Below, one piece after another: positions 12,942 through 24,333 of a stretch of DNA of 64,000 bases. The notes under the pieces were generated by a model that saw nothing but the letters and a program-made list of their open reading frames with translations, was not told the DNA's origin and did not search any database. This stretch comes from Eutreptiella sp. 'Long Island Sound 2002' (Eukaryota > Protista > Euglenida). The stretch's first letter is position 1; every line of letters begins with the position of its first letter. The position numbers and the translations under genes are program-made. The stretch spans positions 6,572,001 through 6,636,000 of the forward strand of contig OZ038378.1 of assembly GCA_964036045.1 (NCBI GenBank), read 5' to 3'.

Positions 12942-13402
12942 GGTATTTGGGCGGCTCTGTGAACGATCGATTGCAGAAACTGGGGTCGCTGCTGCATTTC
13001 TTGCTTTCCAATGTGGCGGACCACGGTAAAGTCGTCTGTATGTTTGGGCCAAGTATTGAGCGATTCCTGGGGCACTTTGAGGTCTGGGTCCCTGCCTGCA
13101 TCCACGCGCCCATCCGCATCCCCATCCATGAGACGCTATTTGGGTGCCAGCTTTCAGATATGGACCGCGACTTCTTGGCCAAAGCCATTACTGCATTCTT
13201 ACAAACGCATGGCTATGCCATAATCAAAGGGGATCGCTTGGATGTGGTGCAACTGTGGACGAAGACACTGTCCCTCGTGCTGAACGAAAAGGAGCGGGTC
13301 TTGACCCTGATCCCCACGCAAATTGGCACCACGTACATACCAGATCTGAGGTCCGTCTCTGCTTGTCTTTTCGACAAGGATGTCCTTCAAAGCCAGATGT
13401 AG
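12942..13402 (+). CDS. Candidate terminal exon of an unknown protein (about 153 aa)
   Basis: Pyrimidine-rich acceptor ctccttgtctcag ending at 12941, then an open, high-complexity frame GYLGGSVNDRLQKLGSLLHFLL...DKDVLQSQM*. No family recognised. Confidence 0.4.
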
Positions 13403-13739
13403 ACCCCTCCTTTGGGGACAGTTTTATCCTGTTGTTTTCGTTTTCTTGCAAAAATTCGTCATCCCCACTTGCTGGTACTGGTGCTGGCGGAGAAGAGGTT
13501 GTGGGTGGAAGTGGCAGTGGGCTGAGGAGGACGATCAAGAAGAGATTGTAGAAGTGGTGGTGGTGGTGGTGGTGACGGCGGGTGTGTCGTCCGAAGTACT
13601 TTTTCTTGTGGTGGTGGTATTAAAGGAGGAAAGCCTTCCTCAGGGGCACCCGTGAAGAGCTCCGAACAAGTTTCCAGACATCCCAATTTGCAACATTGCA
13701 CAACCAGCCAGCAGCAGCCAGCAACAGTAGCAGCCAGTC

Positions 13740-14560
13740 CTAACTGCAGCCTGCCCTAGCCGCAGCAGTAGCTCACAAGTGTAGCAAGTAGCAGTGGCCG
13801 CAATCGACAGCTGGAGCAGCCAACATCAGGCATGGCCAACACCACCAGCAGCCAACAGCAGCAGCTGATAGTTGTGACAATATCCAGCAGCAGCAGCAGC
13901 CAGCACCAGCAGCGATCCGCAGCCAGTGGCTGCACCACCATCACCATCACCACCACCAACATACCACCACCACCACCACCAACATACCACCACCACCACC
14001 ACCACCACCACCACCACCACCACCACCACCACCACCGCCACCACCACCACCACCACCACCACCACCACCACCACCAGCATTTGACACCGGTGACAACTAG
14101 CACCAGCACAACAGCAGCAGCCAGCACTATCGGCTGCCAGCTGCAACAGTCCCCGCTACCAGCAGCAGCTATCAGCAGCGGTAGCCAGTGGACAGTTGCA
14201 GTAGCCATTGGCAACAGCCAGCATTAGCAGCCAGCGGTAGCAACAAACAGCACCGGTAGCAGTCAGCACCATGGGCTAGCACTAGCAGAGGCTAGCAGCA
14301 GTACCCAGCTCCAGCAGCACTAAATGGCCAGCAAGATCCAGTAGTGGTGGTTACAGCAGCGAGTACCAGTAGTAGCCCATTTCAGGTGCAGCCATTCCCC
14401 GGCACTACCAGCAGCCAGCACTAGCAGCTGCCAACAGCAGGTAGTGCTCGTGGCATCCAGCATGGGCATCAGCCAGCGCCCACAGCAGTGGCCAGCAGCG
14501 CTGACAGCTAGCCACTGCTGCCAAAGCCAGCACAAGTGGCGGTCAGCTGCGGCAGGTTGC
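13740..14560. repeat. CAG/CAC-rich low-complexity region with about 29 near-perfect CAC triplets (about 13988-14076)
   Basis: Direct reading; it produces spurious poly-His, poly-Trp and poly-Val ORFs. Confidence 0.9.
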
Positions 14561-15068
14561 AAGGGGGGGGGGGGTTCCATGATGTGCCGCTGCATTGCCA
14601 CTGTTATTGCACATGGCAATGACCTACCCATTGGCATCTTCGTGTCTCACTTCGTGTTTCTGACTGAACGCTACCTGCGGCCTTCTAGGCCACTGACGAG
14701 CCAATTTTTTTACTGCGCTTTCTGCAGACCGCCTCTTGTGCACATGTGCAATAGCCCAGAGTTCCTTCGGGGTCCAGGTCGGCTGATCTTCAGCTGGGGG
14801 GAATGGTAAGTCACCTCGAAGAGAGGTTGTTAGATCAAGCGCAGGCGCGGGCGTCGTATACCCCCCCTTTTTGGGGTCATTCGCGTAGCATACCCCAAGG
14901 CATGATATTGGATGTCCAACCCCTTGTAAAATCATTATTTTGCCCAATAAGACCATCCCCCAATGGATTTTTTGATTCTGAGGCCTCTATCCCCTAAAAA
15001 TGGATATCACTTTTTTGAGGAGGGGGGTGGGGGGTGGGATGGGGGTCAAAAGTTTTCGCTCAGAAGGC

Positions 15069-15292
15069 TCCAAGCAGTGGGGAAGCTTATCGCTATCACA
15101 CAACCGCCGGTCGAATGGTAACGCAGCCGACGCAAAGTTTTCGGTCGGCGCTTCGAATCCTGGTCGGCCGAATGACGGCGGCGGCGGCGGCGTATTCAGC
15201 CAACCGGGGATTTGAACCCAAAAGACTCCGGTCAGCTGCATTACCATTCGGCCACTGCTTGGTCTGTGGCGAAAAGTCTCCCCACTGCTTGG
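15069..15292. other. Imperfect inverted repeat of two tRNA-like (Pol III A/B-box) units around a (GGC)n spacer
   Basis: Left arm ccaagcagtgggga...ggtcgaatggtaacgcagccgac...cttcgaatcc aligns with the reverse complement of the right arm: ccaagcagtgggga...ggccgaatggtaatgcagctgac...ggttcaaatcc. Confidence 0.7.
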
Positions 15293-15849
15293 GGCCGCGT
15301 CTGCCACTGACAAAAAACCCAAACTGTGTGTTTCTGTCTGACTGACTGCTGGCCTGGCTAAGGGACTGATTGGCTGACTGTCAACCTCTCTTCGAGGTGC
15401 ACTGCTGAAGGCAATAGAATTTTGAGGTTCCACCCCCACCCCCACTCTCTTCCTAATTCACAAGGTCTCCCAAGTAGGTTCCCTGCCACACTTCCTTTGC
15501 TTGTGTATAGAACCTTGTCAGGTTTTATTTGTTTCATTCCTCTTCGTCGTCATGGAAGCTTGTGTGACGTGGCCAAGAGGGAGCATTTGGGGAGTGACAG
15601 GCTGAAGGTCAGCAGCAGGTCGAAGGTTAGCAGCAGCAACAGCAACAGGCGGAGGATGTCCCGGCCCTACTTCCGTATCCCCCAGGTGGACCATGTGGTG
15701 GTGGTGGCAAGGGTCACATGGCTCCAGCACCCGGGACTCAGGGACTAGCAACCTCCCTTCAAGTACAGCTTATGGTCCTCCTCTGTGAGTCCCTTCGGCC
15801 ACTCTTGTCCATCATCCGGGTCCGTCGCTGCCTAATACCGCGCCTCCCA

Positions 15850-16290
15850 CACATGGGACGTGGCATAGTCCGCACTCCAATCGTCCTTGAGGCAGGATTC
15901 GGTCTTGAAGCGCCAGGAGACAACCGCGCCCGAGATCCAGATGGGGCTGGAAAAGGAGCATGCCCAGAGGATCAAGACCGTCCCCAAGTCTAAGGTGTGA
16001 GTATTCAAGGTGGGGGACCCGGTTGGGGTTAAGCGGCCTCGCCCACTTGGTACCCACCGGACCAAAACCTGGTTCATCTTTAGAGAGGTGGTGCGTTGTG
16101 TGGGTCAAGATACGTACCGGATGAAGGTGGGACTGGGGCAGTTCCGGGACCGGCACGGAACAACCCAACCCCGCCCCCGTGAGCCCGACTTGCCTGGAAG
16201 CATGTTAGTGTAGACTGTGCTTCCCCCAAAGCAGACTATGCTGAGCGGGGTGACTACACCGTCGACAAGATCCTAGCTCATCGCACGAAC
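15850..16290 (+). mobile_element. Ty3/Gypsy integrase C-terminus plus start of a chromodomain
   Basis: FKVGDPVGVKRPRPLGTH...FIFREVVRCVGQDTYRMKVG (post-core integrase region) followed by DYTVDKILAHR (chromodomain start); contains stops. Confidence 0.6.
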
Positions 16291-16424
16291 GAGTCCCAAC
16301 TAGGAGGCCGATCTTGACCAAAGCATGGTTAACCGCTCTTTTGAAGGCGCATTTACATGCTTATTGACCCATGTAGTCTACTTTGTGCCTTGCCATGCAT
16401 GCACCAACCACTAGAGCCTTCAGT

Positions 16425-16545
16425 CCTGGCACAAGGAGCACATTGACACCCTCTCAGGACCGGCGTCCCGGCGTGTGTTGGCCAAGTTTGACCTAACGGT
16501 AGCCTATGTCCCCAGCAAGGACAAAACCGTAGCGGACTGTCTTCG
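16425..16545 (+). mobile_element. Ty3/Gypsy RNase H C-terminal fragment
   Basis: QSWHKEHIDTLSGPASRRVLAKFDLTVAYVPSKDKTVADCL matches the L..F...I.Y.PGK.N.VADALS motif. Confidence 0.65.
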
Positions 16546-16559
16546 TCTTACCGTGGCAG

Positions 16560-17200
16560 GCTGTCTATTCGTTGGCGACCATTGCCATTCCATCGTTGGA
16601 CAACAGCAAGCCCCAACCCAGGGGGTCTCGTCCGAAAACAATATGGTGAGGCGACAATCCGCCCGGTGTGGGGTGTCCTGATGGGTCTTGAGTATTGACC
16701 CCATCTCTTCGAACTCTTCTTTCAGTGTTTGTACTGAACAACCGTGAATCTTCTGCGAGTTTTCGAGAAGCTGCCTCCCAGCCACCTCAGCTTGGCCATT
16801 GGACCGGCTGAAGTAGGCGACGCTCTTGGCATGCCTCTCTCCCATGAGTGAGCACATGGCTTTGAACCATCACCTATGAATTGGGGTCCCCGGCCGCGAC
16901 AGATCGTCAAGGGGGGCGCCAAAGATGGTCAACCAATGGCGCACCATCATGATTGCCACTTCCTTGGCTAACAACCCCTTCTTGCGCGCAGGGATGGCCA
17001 CAATGTAGCTAGTGTGATGGTCCACGTACAGGACCACACAGTCCATCACCTCCTTGCTGATGTGGACCTCAAGCATGGAGAGCACATCCAAGGCCACAAT
17101 CTCCATCGGCTGTTGCGGCATGGGAGTCAATTGGGGTTCACGCACGGTGGGTCCATTGCCGGGATTGCAGGCTTCACAGGCTGCACATCCCTTCTTGACG
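16560..17200 (-). mobile_element. Ty3/Gypsy integrase core (rve) fragment
   Basis: CEACNP...LTPMPQQPMEIVALDVLSM...DCVVLYVDHHTSYIVAIP...WLTIFGAP: zinc-binding end plus the first catalytic Asp region; frameshifted. Confidence 0.75.
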
Positions 17201-20031
17201 GCTCAGAGGGCGCGGTGAAAGCTAATTCAGCAGTATGTTATCGAGGGTAGCACAGAAAATACCAAAAATACCAAAAATACCAAAAGATCAAAAGCAACAA
17301 CAAGGAAAAACAAGCAAAAAGCCATAAGCCCCCCCCCCCCCCACAAGGAGCAGCAAAGCAGGGGCAAGGGAAGAGACATGGGAACCCCAGGTAGGCCAGA
17401 GAATTGTCATTGATTAACAACATAACAAGAAGCTGAAGGCAGGGCCGTACACTTTTCGCCACTTTTGGCAGGTGCAGTAGCAGATTGACCCCCCCCCCCC
17501 CCCCAAACGTTGCACCAATCCACCCAGATGCCCCTCTTATATGTCTATGGAGTATATTTGAATTTAAGGCTCTCTAAGGTAAGGCATCCCAGCCCCAACA
17601 GGCGACCTGCATACTGATCTGGAACACATCATGGAACACATCAGTATGCACTCACCCACTGACAGGTGGGTGCCCCCCTCCCCCGGGAACAAAGCCTAGG
17701 AAGTGCATCAGTTGGTTATGCCAATGTGATAACCCTGACCCAGTGCCCCCAATTTACGGAATTTAGCGCATCTTGTACACCATGCTGTAACACCATGAAT
17801 ACTGAATAGCTCCTGAGGGACTTAGCTCCTTGGAGCTAGGAGCTGCACAGCAGCCTAGATCATGCAAGAATGGCTTGTCACAATGGCATCATCTGTACGT
17901 ACCACGCACAGGCTCCAGGCTTTGTCAAGCAGCACTGCGACGTCTGATCATGATTTGCTGTACAGCCAGAAGCCGGTATCAATCATCAACCTGACCACCC
18001 AGACTGTCAAAACCTCTCTGCCCTTCAATGTGTTCAGCGTGCTGAGGGCCGATTTTTTTGACCATCCTGTGCTTGATTTGGATAAGGTTCAGGTTGACTA
18101 TTGCAAAGGTGTGTTCTGCAAAGTGCAGCTATCGGATTTGTTTCCAGAACAGGAGGAGACAAGCAGAAGCACGGTTGTTGTTGCTGTTGTTGTTTTTGGG
18201 GTGGGGGTGCATACGCGTTTGCGTATTTCTGGATAAATGTGTCTTTTTGTTGCAGCTATGCAACTTACAATTTGCATGATAGACCTACGAATGCTGTACA
18301 CATCAATACACCTCGGCAATGGGGTGTGTATTTTGGTCAAACACGCTGTATTGGCTTGAAGCTGAGCTGAGCACCACCAGCACCGCAGCAATCTGCAACC
18401 ACAGCTCAGAACAGTAGCACAGGAAGCAGTAGCAGCAGCAATGCCCCGACATGCTTCATGCGGCTCAAAGGAGGTACTCTGCACCCACTGGTCCACCTTG
18501 GATATTCTATTTGTCTCTGCATTGGGTTTGGCAAAGAAGTGGAAAAGTGCGATGCTGCATTGTTGCACATGCGTGCAGATGAAACGAGTTTTTCAGTGTG
18601 TTTGTGTATGAGGGTTTCTGTGTGAGTTGGTGTCATGTGGTCGCTGTACATGGATGTTGTGTGGTTTGTGATTGGATGTTATCTGATCTTTGTTGGTGGC
18701 TGCAACGGGGGTTTTGGGTGATATGCTCTTTTGTAGGCGCATGTCAGTGTAAAGATACAGTCAAGCCTTTGTGGCACCTCCGGAGTTCACCTCCGGGGGT
18801 CCACAACACGTGGTAATCAGTCCAAAGTGGCTTGATTCATTTTTGACCCTGTACCCATTCACAAGGCTTTCTGGGAGTTTTTGTGGGGGGGCAAAATGTG
18901 CCACCACAGGCTCAAAACAGGCCAAAAACACTTGTTTGAGCAAAGGCATGCGGATTTTGGGAGGCGCCTCCTGATTTGGTGCCCAAACCTTGGGCCATCA
19001 CCGCTGAATTGGGGGCTCACCGAATTGGGGGCTCAAACTGGACTCGGGAAGGCCATGCGTGTTATTGTTGTTGTTGTTGCTGTTGTTGTTGTTGTTGTTG
19101 TTGTTCCTTGCTTGTTGCTTGCTGGATTTAAGGTATATTTAAGAGATATTTGCTGGGTAGGCCTGAATCATTACATCAGTGTAGAAGTCTGTGCATGGTT
19201 GAAGGCTTTCTACATGCTTCCCCGTGTTGATGCAAAAACTCTGTCCAGCAGCACACCCTGAACAGGGCCTTGCATAGCCCTTGCCCCACGGAATGCTGGT
19301 GCTTCCTTGTGCCATCTGACCCTGCTATCCATCCTAGTTCTGACCGTAGCAAAGATAAGGGTCTGCATACCCCGTTGTTCAATGTTTGTAATCATACATT
19401 ATTTCTCTAATTCGCCGCTTCAGGAAGATGTTGGACCAGAGAAAGAATGCACTGGAACAAAGGCTAGCGACACATCGAAAGAGAGACACAGACACAGAGC
19501 AGGGCTGTTGTGCAAAAATGAGCAAAGGGATTACCACTGCGGTGAAGAGTCAAGAAGCATAAATCAACGGAATTGAAACTGAAACTGCAACATCCTTTAA
19601 GAATCTGTAGCACTGCAGCCATGGTGGTTGGCATGACCCCTCTGCACTCTGTGTTTGTCCATTGCTAACCATCCCCCGAATGGGAAGATGTGTCTTTTGA
19701 TGGCCTGCTGGGATGAGATTGGGATGCTTGCCTTGACTTCATTGCCATGGGGCATGAAACACATGCGACTTTTTGTGTTTTTTCCGTCTTCTGGTTTGAG
19801 CCGGAGGTGGGCACTACACTGTGATCCCTCGGATCCCTTGTCAGATATTCCAGCAGACGAGACTCAAACCAAAGGGACACACCGTATAACACACTGCATG
19901 GACCTAAGATGTTTGCTTTGCCGGTGCTATTTTCATGAAGATTAGTCAAGAGCGCAACCCTCAGGCCATGCCACGCACTGACAAAATCATGGGAGAAGCA
20001 CAAACCTACCGGTGCATTGTAAAGTCTGTCC

Positions 20032-20360
20032 CAGGGCGGTCCTTAAGGAACCCATTTTTTTTTTTGCCTTAGGACCGCCCTTAAGGACCGCCCCAGGGAC
20101 CAACAACCGCCAACCACCAACCACCAACTGCCATCAACCGCCACCAACCGCCAACAGCGACCAACCGCCAACCGCCAACCACTGCCAACCACCACCAACC
20201 ACCAATCACCAACCACCAACTGCCAACAACCGCCATCAACCGCCACCAACTGCCAACCGCCAATCGCCACCAACCATGGTTGAACATATGAGCTACACGC
20301 GGTCTTTTTTGCAAAACTGCCATTTCGGAACACATTTTTTTTCTCTTTCGGACCGCCCTG
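20032..20360. mobile_element. hAT-type MITE with 11 bp TIRs and an 8 bp target-site duplication
   Basis: TIR CAGGGCGGTCC / GGACCGCCCTG; GTCTGTCC flanks both sides (20024-20031 and 20361-20368); internal CCAACC(A/G)CC satellite. An 8 bp TSD is characteristic of hAT elements. Confidence 0.85.
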
Positions 20361-20817
20361 GTCTGTCCACATTTGTATACTCTTGCTCGGTGGTGTGTAT
20401 GTGATATTGCAGATCCTGCCTTTCTTTGCACTTCAATGTAGATGATATTCTGAAGCAAAAAACGCACCGAGTGATAGCCCCTTGCATAAGTGCAATGCTG
20501 GAGAGTTGTATGGGATGCCATTGCTCCTTACGGGAGGGCTACTTGCAAAACTGGAAAAGGTGCTGGCGAGCAAAAGCAGCCGCTGTTGTCAGGTTTGTCA
20601 TGTGCGGCGGGGAGAACAGCACATCTTTGAACACTGTCCAGGGGATTGCTTAGTGGCCGGTTGATACTATACTGGGTGGTGGGTGGGTCTGAGGATGGGT
20701 GGATGGGTTTGTCTGGGTTTCCCCCGATTTTTGGAAAATTGCAGGTACCCCCCTCCAGGGGGGGGGGGGGGCTTTTTTGGGTGGGTGGGTGGGTGGGTGG
20801 AGGGGTGGGTTGCTGAC

Positions 20818-21063
20818 CTGCTGTTGTAATACAATTCTTCTGTGCATTTGTCTGCTTGTGGCAGGCTTTGTTTGTATATATGAAAACAATTTTTCCATCA
20901 GGTTGACTACTCCAAGGCAGGTGATAAAAATATTCACAGGGGGAATTGAACCAGCATCATTCAACAGCATGGCAATTGCTCCCACCACTGGGTCAATGGT
21001 TGTGCCGATTGCTGAAGGTCCATGTGGATACCGAAGGGTGAAAATCTTCTTTCGAAAATTGCT
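20818..21063 (-). CDS. Candidate internal exon (82 codons, phase 0/0) of an unidentified minus-strand gene
   Basis: Acceptor ttcctag and donor gtcagc bracket an open frame SNFRKKIFTLRYPHGPSAIGTTIDPVVGAIAMLLNDAGSIPPVNIFITCLGVVNLMEKLFSYIQ...QQQ. Confidence 0.35.
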
Positions 21064-22101
21064 CTAGGAAACCCCCCTCAGGGTATCTGGCAGGTGGTTG
21101 GGTGGGTCTGAGGGTGGGTGGGTGGGTGGGTGGGTCAGCCAAAATCACGGGGGGCCAATTTGACCCTCCCCCCCAGATCATTAAGCAATCCACTGACACT
21201 GTACTGTGGCTGTCATGGTGAGGCTCATTTGCTTGGCGGATCACACAGCCAGACAGCCAGGTTGGTGGCTCTCATACACCCTCCCTCTCCCACCCCAAGT
21301 CTTGCCTTCCCTTCCCCATCCCCTAGGCCGGTGGCTGACAACATCGCCTCCTCAAACATCCCCCCCCCCCCCCCCACACCCAGGGAAACCCGGGGGCGGC
21401 GATCTTGTCGTGGTGTGGGGGTCTGAATGGCTCTGGCCATCGCGAATGGACCGGAAAAGAGGGTTCCGGCGGCTAAGGGGGCTCTGGCTGCTTAAAATTG
21501 CCCAGCAGACGGTGCTCAGGGGGGGGGCTTGATCGCCTTAAGTGCCTGAGGATGCCGGCCCGACTGCCTGTGGACCGCTGGGACCTGTGACACTGCCCAG
21601 CTGGGATTCCGTGTGCAGGGGCTGCCTGTTTTGTGCTGTCGCTGCCAGCCCAACTGCCTGTGGGGCAGTGAGGCCTGTGGTGCTGCCCAGCCGGGCTTCC
21701 AAGCATAGGGGTTGCTTGTACATGCCTCCTCCTCTCCTCCACCGCCCCCTCCCCTTTTCTCTGCACCCCATTGCCCTGTTGCCCCGTGGCACCCATAGTG
21801 TGTTGCCCCTAGTTGAGTTGCCCCTAGGGGAGTAACCTGGGGGAGTAGCGTGGGGTGCTGTAGAGCAAGAGAGGCATTTAGACAGGGGTGCGTGTACATG
21901 AGTAGATCCCTCCCTCCCTCCCTCCCTCCCTCCCTGCCCCCCTCCCTCCCCCCACCCCTCATCCCTCCTATATGCCCATCCGCACCCACGTGGCTGGGTG
22001 CTTCGAATGCCCTGACGTTCTACGGCAGTCCAGGAGCTTGGGCTGCCCAAAGTTGCCCACCATAAGCTGACGGGGCACAAGCCCTATCACACAACAGCCT
22101 A

Positions 22102-22653
22102 CCGGGGGGAGAATTATTTTGCACAGTACAAAATCGATATGGACAAATTTCGTACTCCTACCTCGTACCAAATATTTCCTTCAATTTTAAGGATGCGATG
22201 TGTCAAAATGTGTGCACCAGGCATGGGCTGCAGGAGGGGTTTTCTGCGCGCTGCATGCAGAGTGAAGGCGCAACATAGATGAGACGCGGTGTCTGGGTGT
22301 GGGTCATAAAACCTACCACAGTGGGGTTTGAACCAATGACCCCCATTTTTCAGTGTTTTATGACCCAGCACTGTGGCTGCTTGACCAGCCAGTTTTCGTT
22401 CCAGGATCCCATTTTTCGTCGCATAGAGCTAGCTGGATGAAAAAAATTTTCAGCTACCAAGGGTTTCCACATCAGCATTGGACAATGACCATCCAGCATG
22501 CACCAGGAAATGACGACAACCGTCCACTAGGATGCAACAACAAGGGGCCTTATACCAAATTTTTCCTTCATTTCTAACGAGCGGTACCAAATTTCCCCAC
22601 CCCCAATTTTGGCCGGCCAAAAAAAAACCCCCCTGAAATAATTCTCCCCCCGG
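22102..22653. mobile_element. Tc1/mariner-type MITE with perfect 18 bp TIRs flanked by TA
   Basis: TA|CCGGGGGGAGAATTATTT ... AAATAATTCTCCCCCCGG|TA. Confidence 0.8.
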
Positions 22654-23229
22654 TAATTCCGTGGGTCAGCTAGGCCCGAATTCAAGAAGCGCTGCCGGCA
22701 GGGACTTCGAGAGATCAAAGCTTTTGACCCGTGTCCGAGGGAGTTGCCCCCCAAATTCTCGCTCCATCCATCCATGCATCCATCCATCCCCCCCCCCCCC
22801 ACCCTCTTTGGAGTGGAGTGCATTACCCCTGGTTTGCATTTGTCTGTTTTTTAATTAGGTCACACCCCCCCCACCCTCTTTGGGCCCTCTGGGCTCCAAG
22901 ATAGTGCGGACCTCTGGGCTCCAAGATAGTGCGGAAGGGTTGGATATCACTGAAGGGGAGATCCGGTCACGCAAGTGTGCCCCTGCCTGCACTTCACCTC
23001 CGGTGAAAATGGCATACAACAACACAGCCACGTCTCACGCACTCCCAGCACCACTCTCACTGGCCCTGCACTCCAACGCTACCACCACCTCACTAATCCC
23101 TGGACCACAATGTTGGGACGCACTACTTGGGTGTAAAACCCACTAGACAGTGACCAAAGGTGATTGTTCATCGTGTGTATATCAGTTTCCCTGCCAATGC
23201 CCCTCTCCAAGGACCTGATAGGCACCCGT

Positions 23230-24300
23230 AAATGCCAAAAAAAAGGCATTTGGCCATTTTTGACAGATTTTGAAACCTGGGTCCGCCACTTGCGAATCCC
23301 GTTCCCGGCCGCCACCGTTGAGTTTCTTGCTCAAACTCTGTGTGATTGTACTTCACACCCACACGTATCATCCACCAAAATTTCAGCCGAATCCGAAGCA
23401 CCACGACAGAGTTCTGATTTCCCCCCATTTCGCGTGTGCTGCTGCTGCTTGCTGCTGCTTGTTGCTACTCAACCTAAAGCCCATTTTCAAGGCTTTTTGG
23501 GAATTTTGGAGGATCAAAACGGGCCACCATGGGCTCAAAACGGGCTAAAAACACTTGTTTGCACCCCAAGTGGTCTTGGACCATTTTTGGACCCACAGAT
23601 GACCCCCGTGACCCTACCCTAGCACGTGCACCGTGCGCGCTGAACACCACTCTGCGGTGCCCAAATGGGGCATTGAAGGGTGATGACAATGTGGAAAAGG
23701 CTTCAAAATGATCCCATTCATCGTTATTAATCACCACAAGGGTGCCCAATGCAATCCATGGCTATAAAACACGGCACGAGAAGGTGTGATTTGAAAAGGT
23801 ATGCAAAAAGGGTGCTTTTCAGGCTGATTCTGTGGTATTTTGGGCCCAAAAGGAGGTCGTTGAGGCCCCTAATTGGGTACATAACACACTAAACGATGAT
23901 GAAAGGTGTTTGTTTATCATTTAGGTTAATTCCAATGCAGATGGACCCCTTCACGCATATCCTAGGCACCCAAACTGCCCAAAAAAAGGCATTTTCTGGC
24001 CATTTTTGACAGATTTTGAAACGGAGGTCCGCCACTTGCGAATCCCGTTGCCGGTCGCCACCGTCGAGTTTCTCGCTCAAACTTTGTGTGATTGTACTTC
24101 ACACCCATAGGTATCATGCACCAAAATTTCAACCAAATCCAAAGCACCACGACGGAGTTCTGATTTTTGCCCATTTCGCGCGTGCTGCTGCTTGCTTGCT
24201 GCTTGCTTGCTGCTTGCTGCTGCTGCTGCTAAACCTGGTAGGTCCACCCTAGACACTAAAAAGGGTTATAAAACCAAGATTGGTTCCACCAGCTCGGTGA
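23230..24300. repeat. Two diverged direct copies of a dispersed repeat unit (about 23230-23470 and 23980-24240)
   Basis: Both read aaaaaaaggcattt...ggccatttttgacagattttgaaac...gcaccacgac.gagttctgattt...gctgctgc. The 23480-23560 segment resembles 18860-18935. Confidence 0.75.
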
Positions 24301-24333
24301 CCCTAGCCCTAACCTTGACCCTAACCCTAACCC
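24300..24333. repeat. Degenerate interstitial telomere-like (CCCTAA)n repeat followed by a C-run satellite
   Basis: ccctagccctaaccttgaccctaaccctaaccc, then C-rich units to about 24450. A second ggttagggttagg lies near 34850. Confidence 0.5.

Noticed and set aside
12626-13402. Programmed TGA read-through or selenocysteine joining two ORFs
   Set aside because: A good splice acceptor at 12941 explains the downstream frame without recoding; no SECIS-like evidence seen.
13756-14227. Poly-Trp, poly-Val and poly-His ORFs
   Set aside because: Translations of a (CAC)n microsatellite; no splice or start context.
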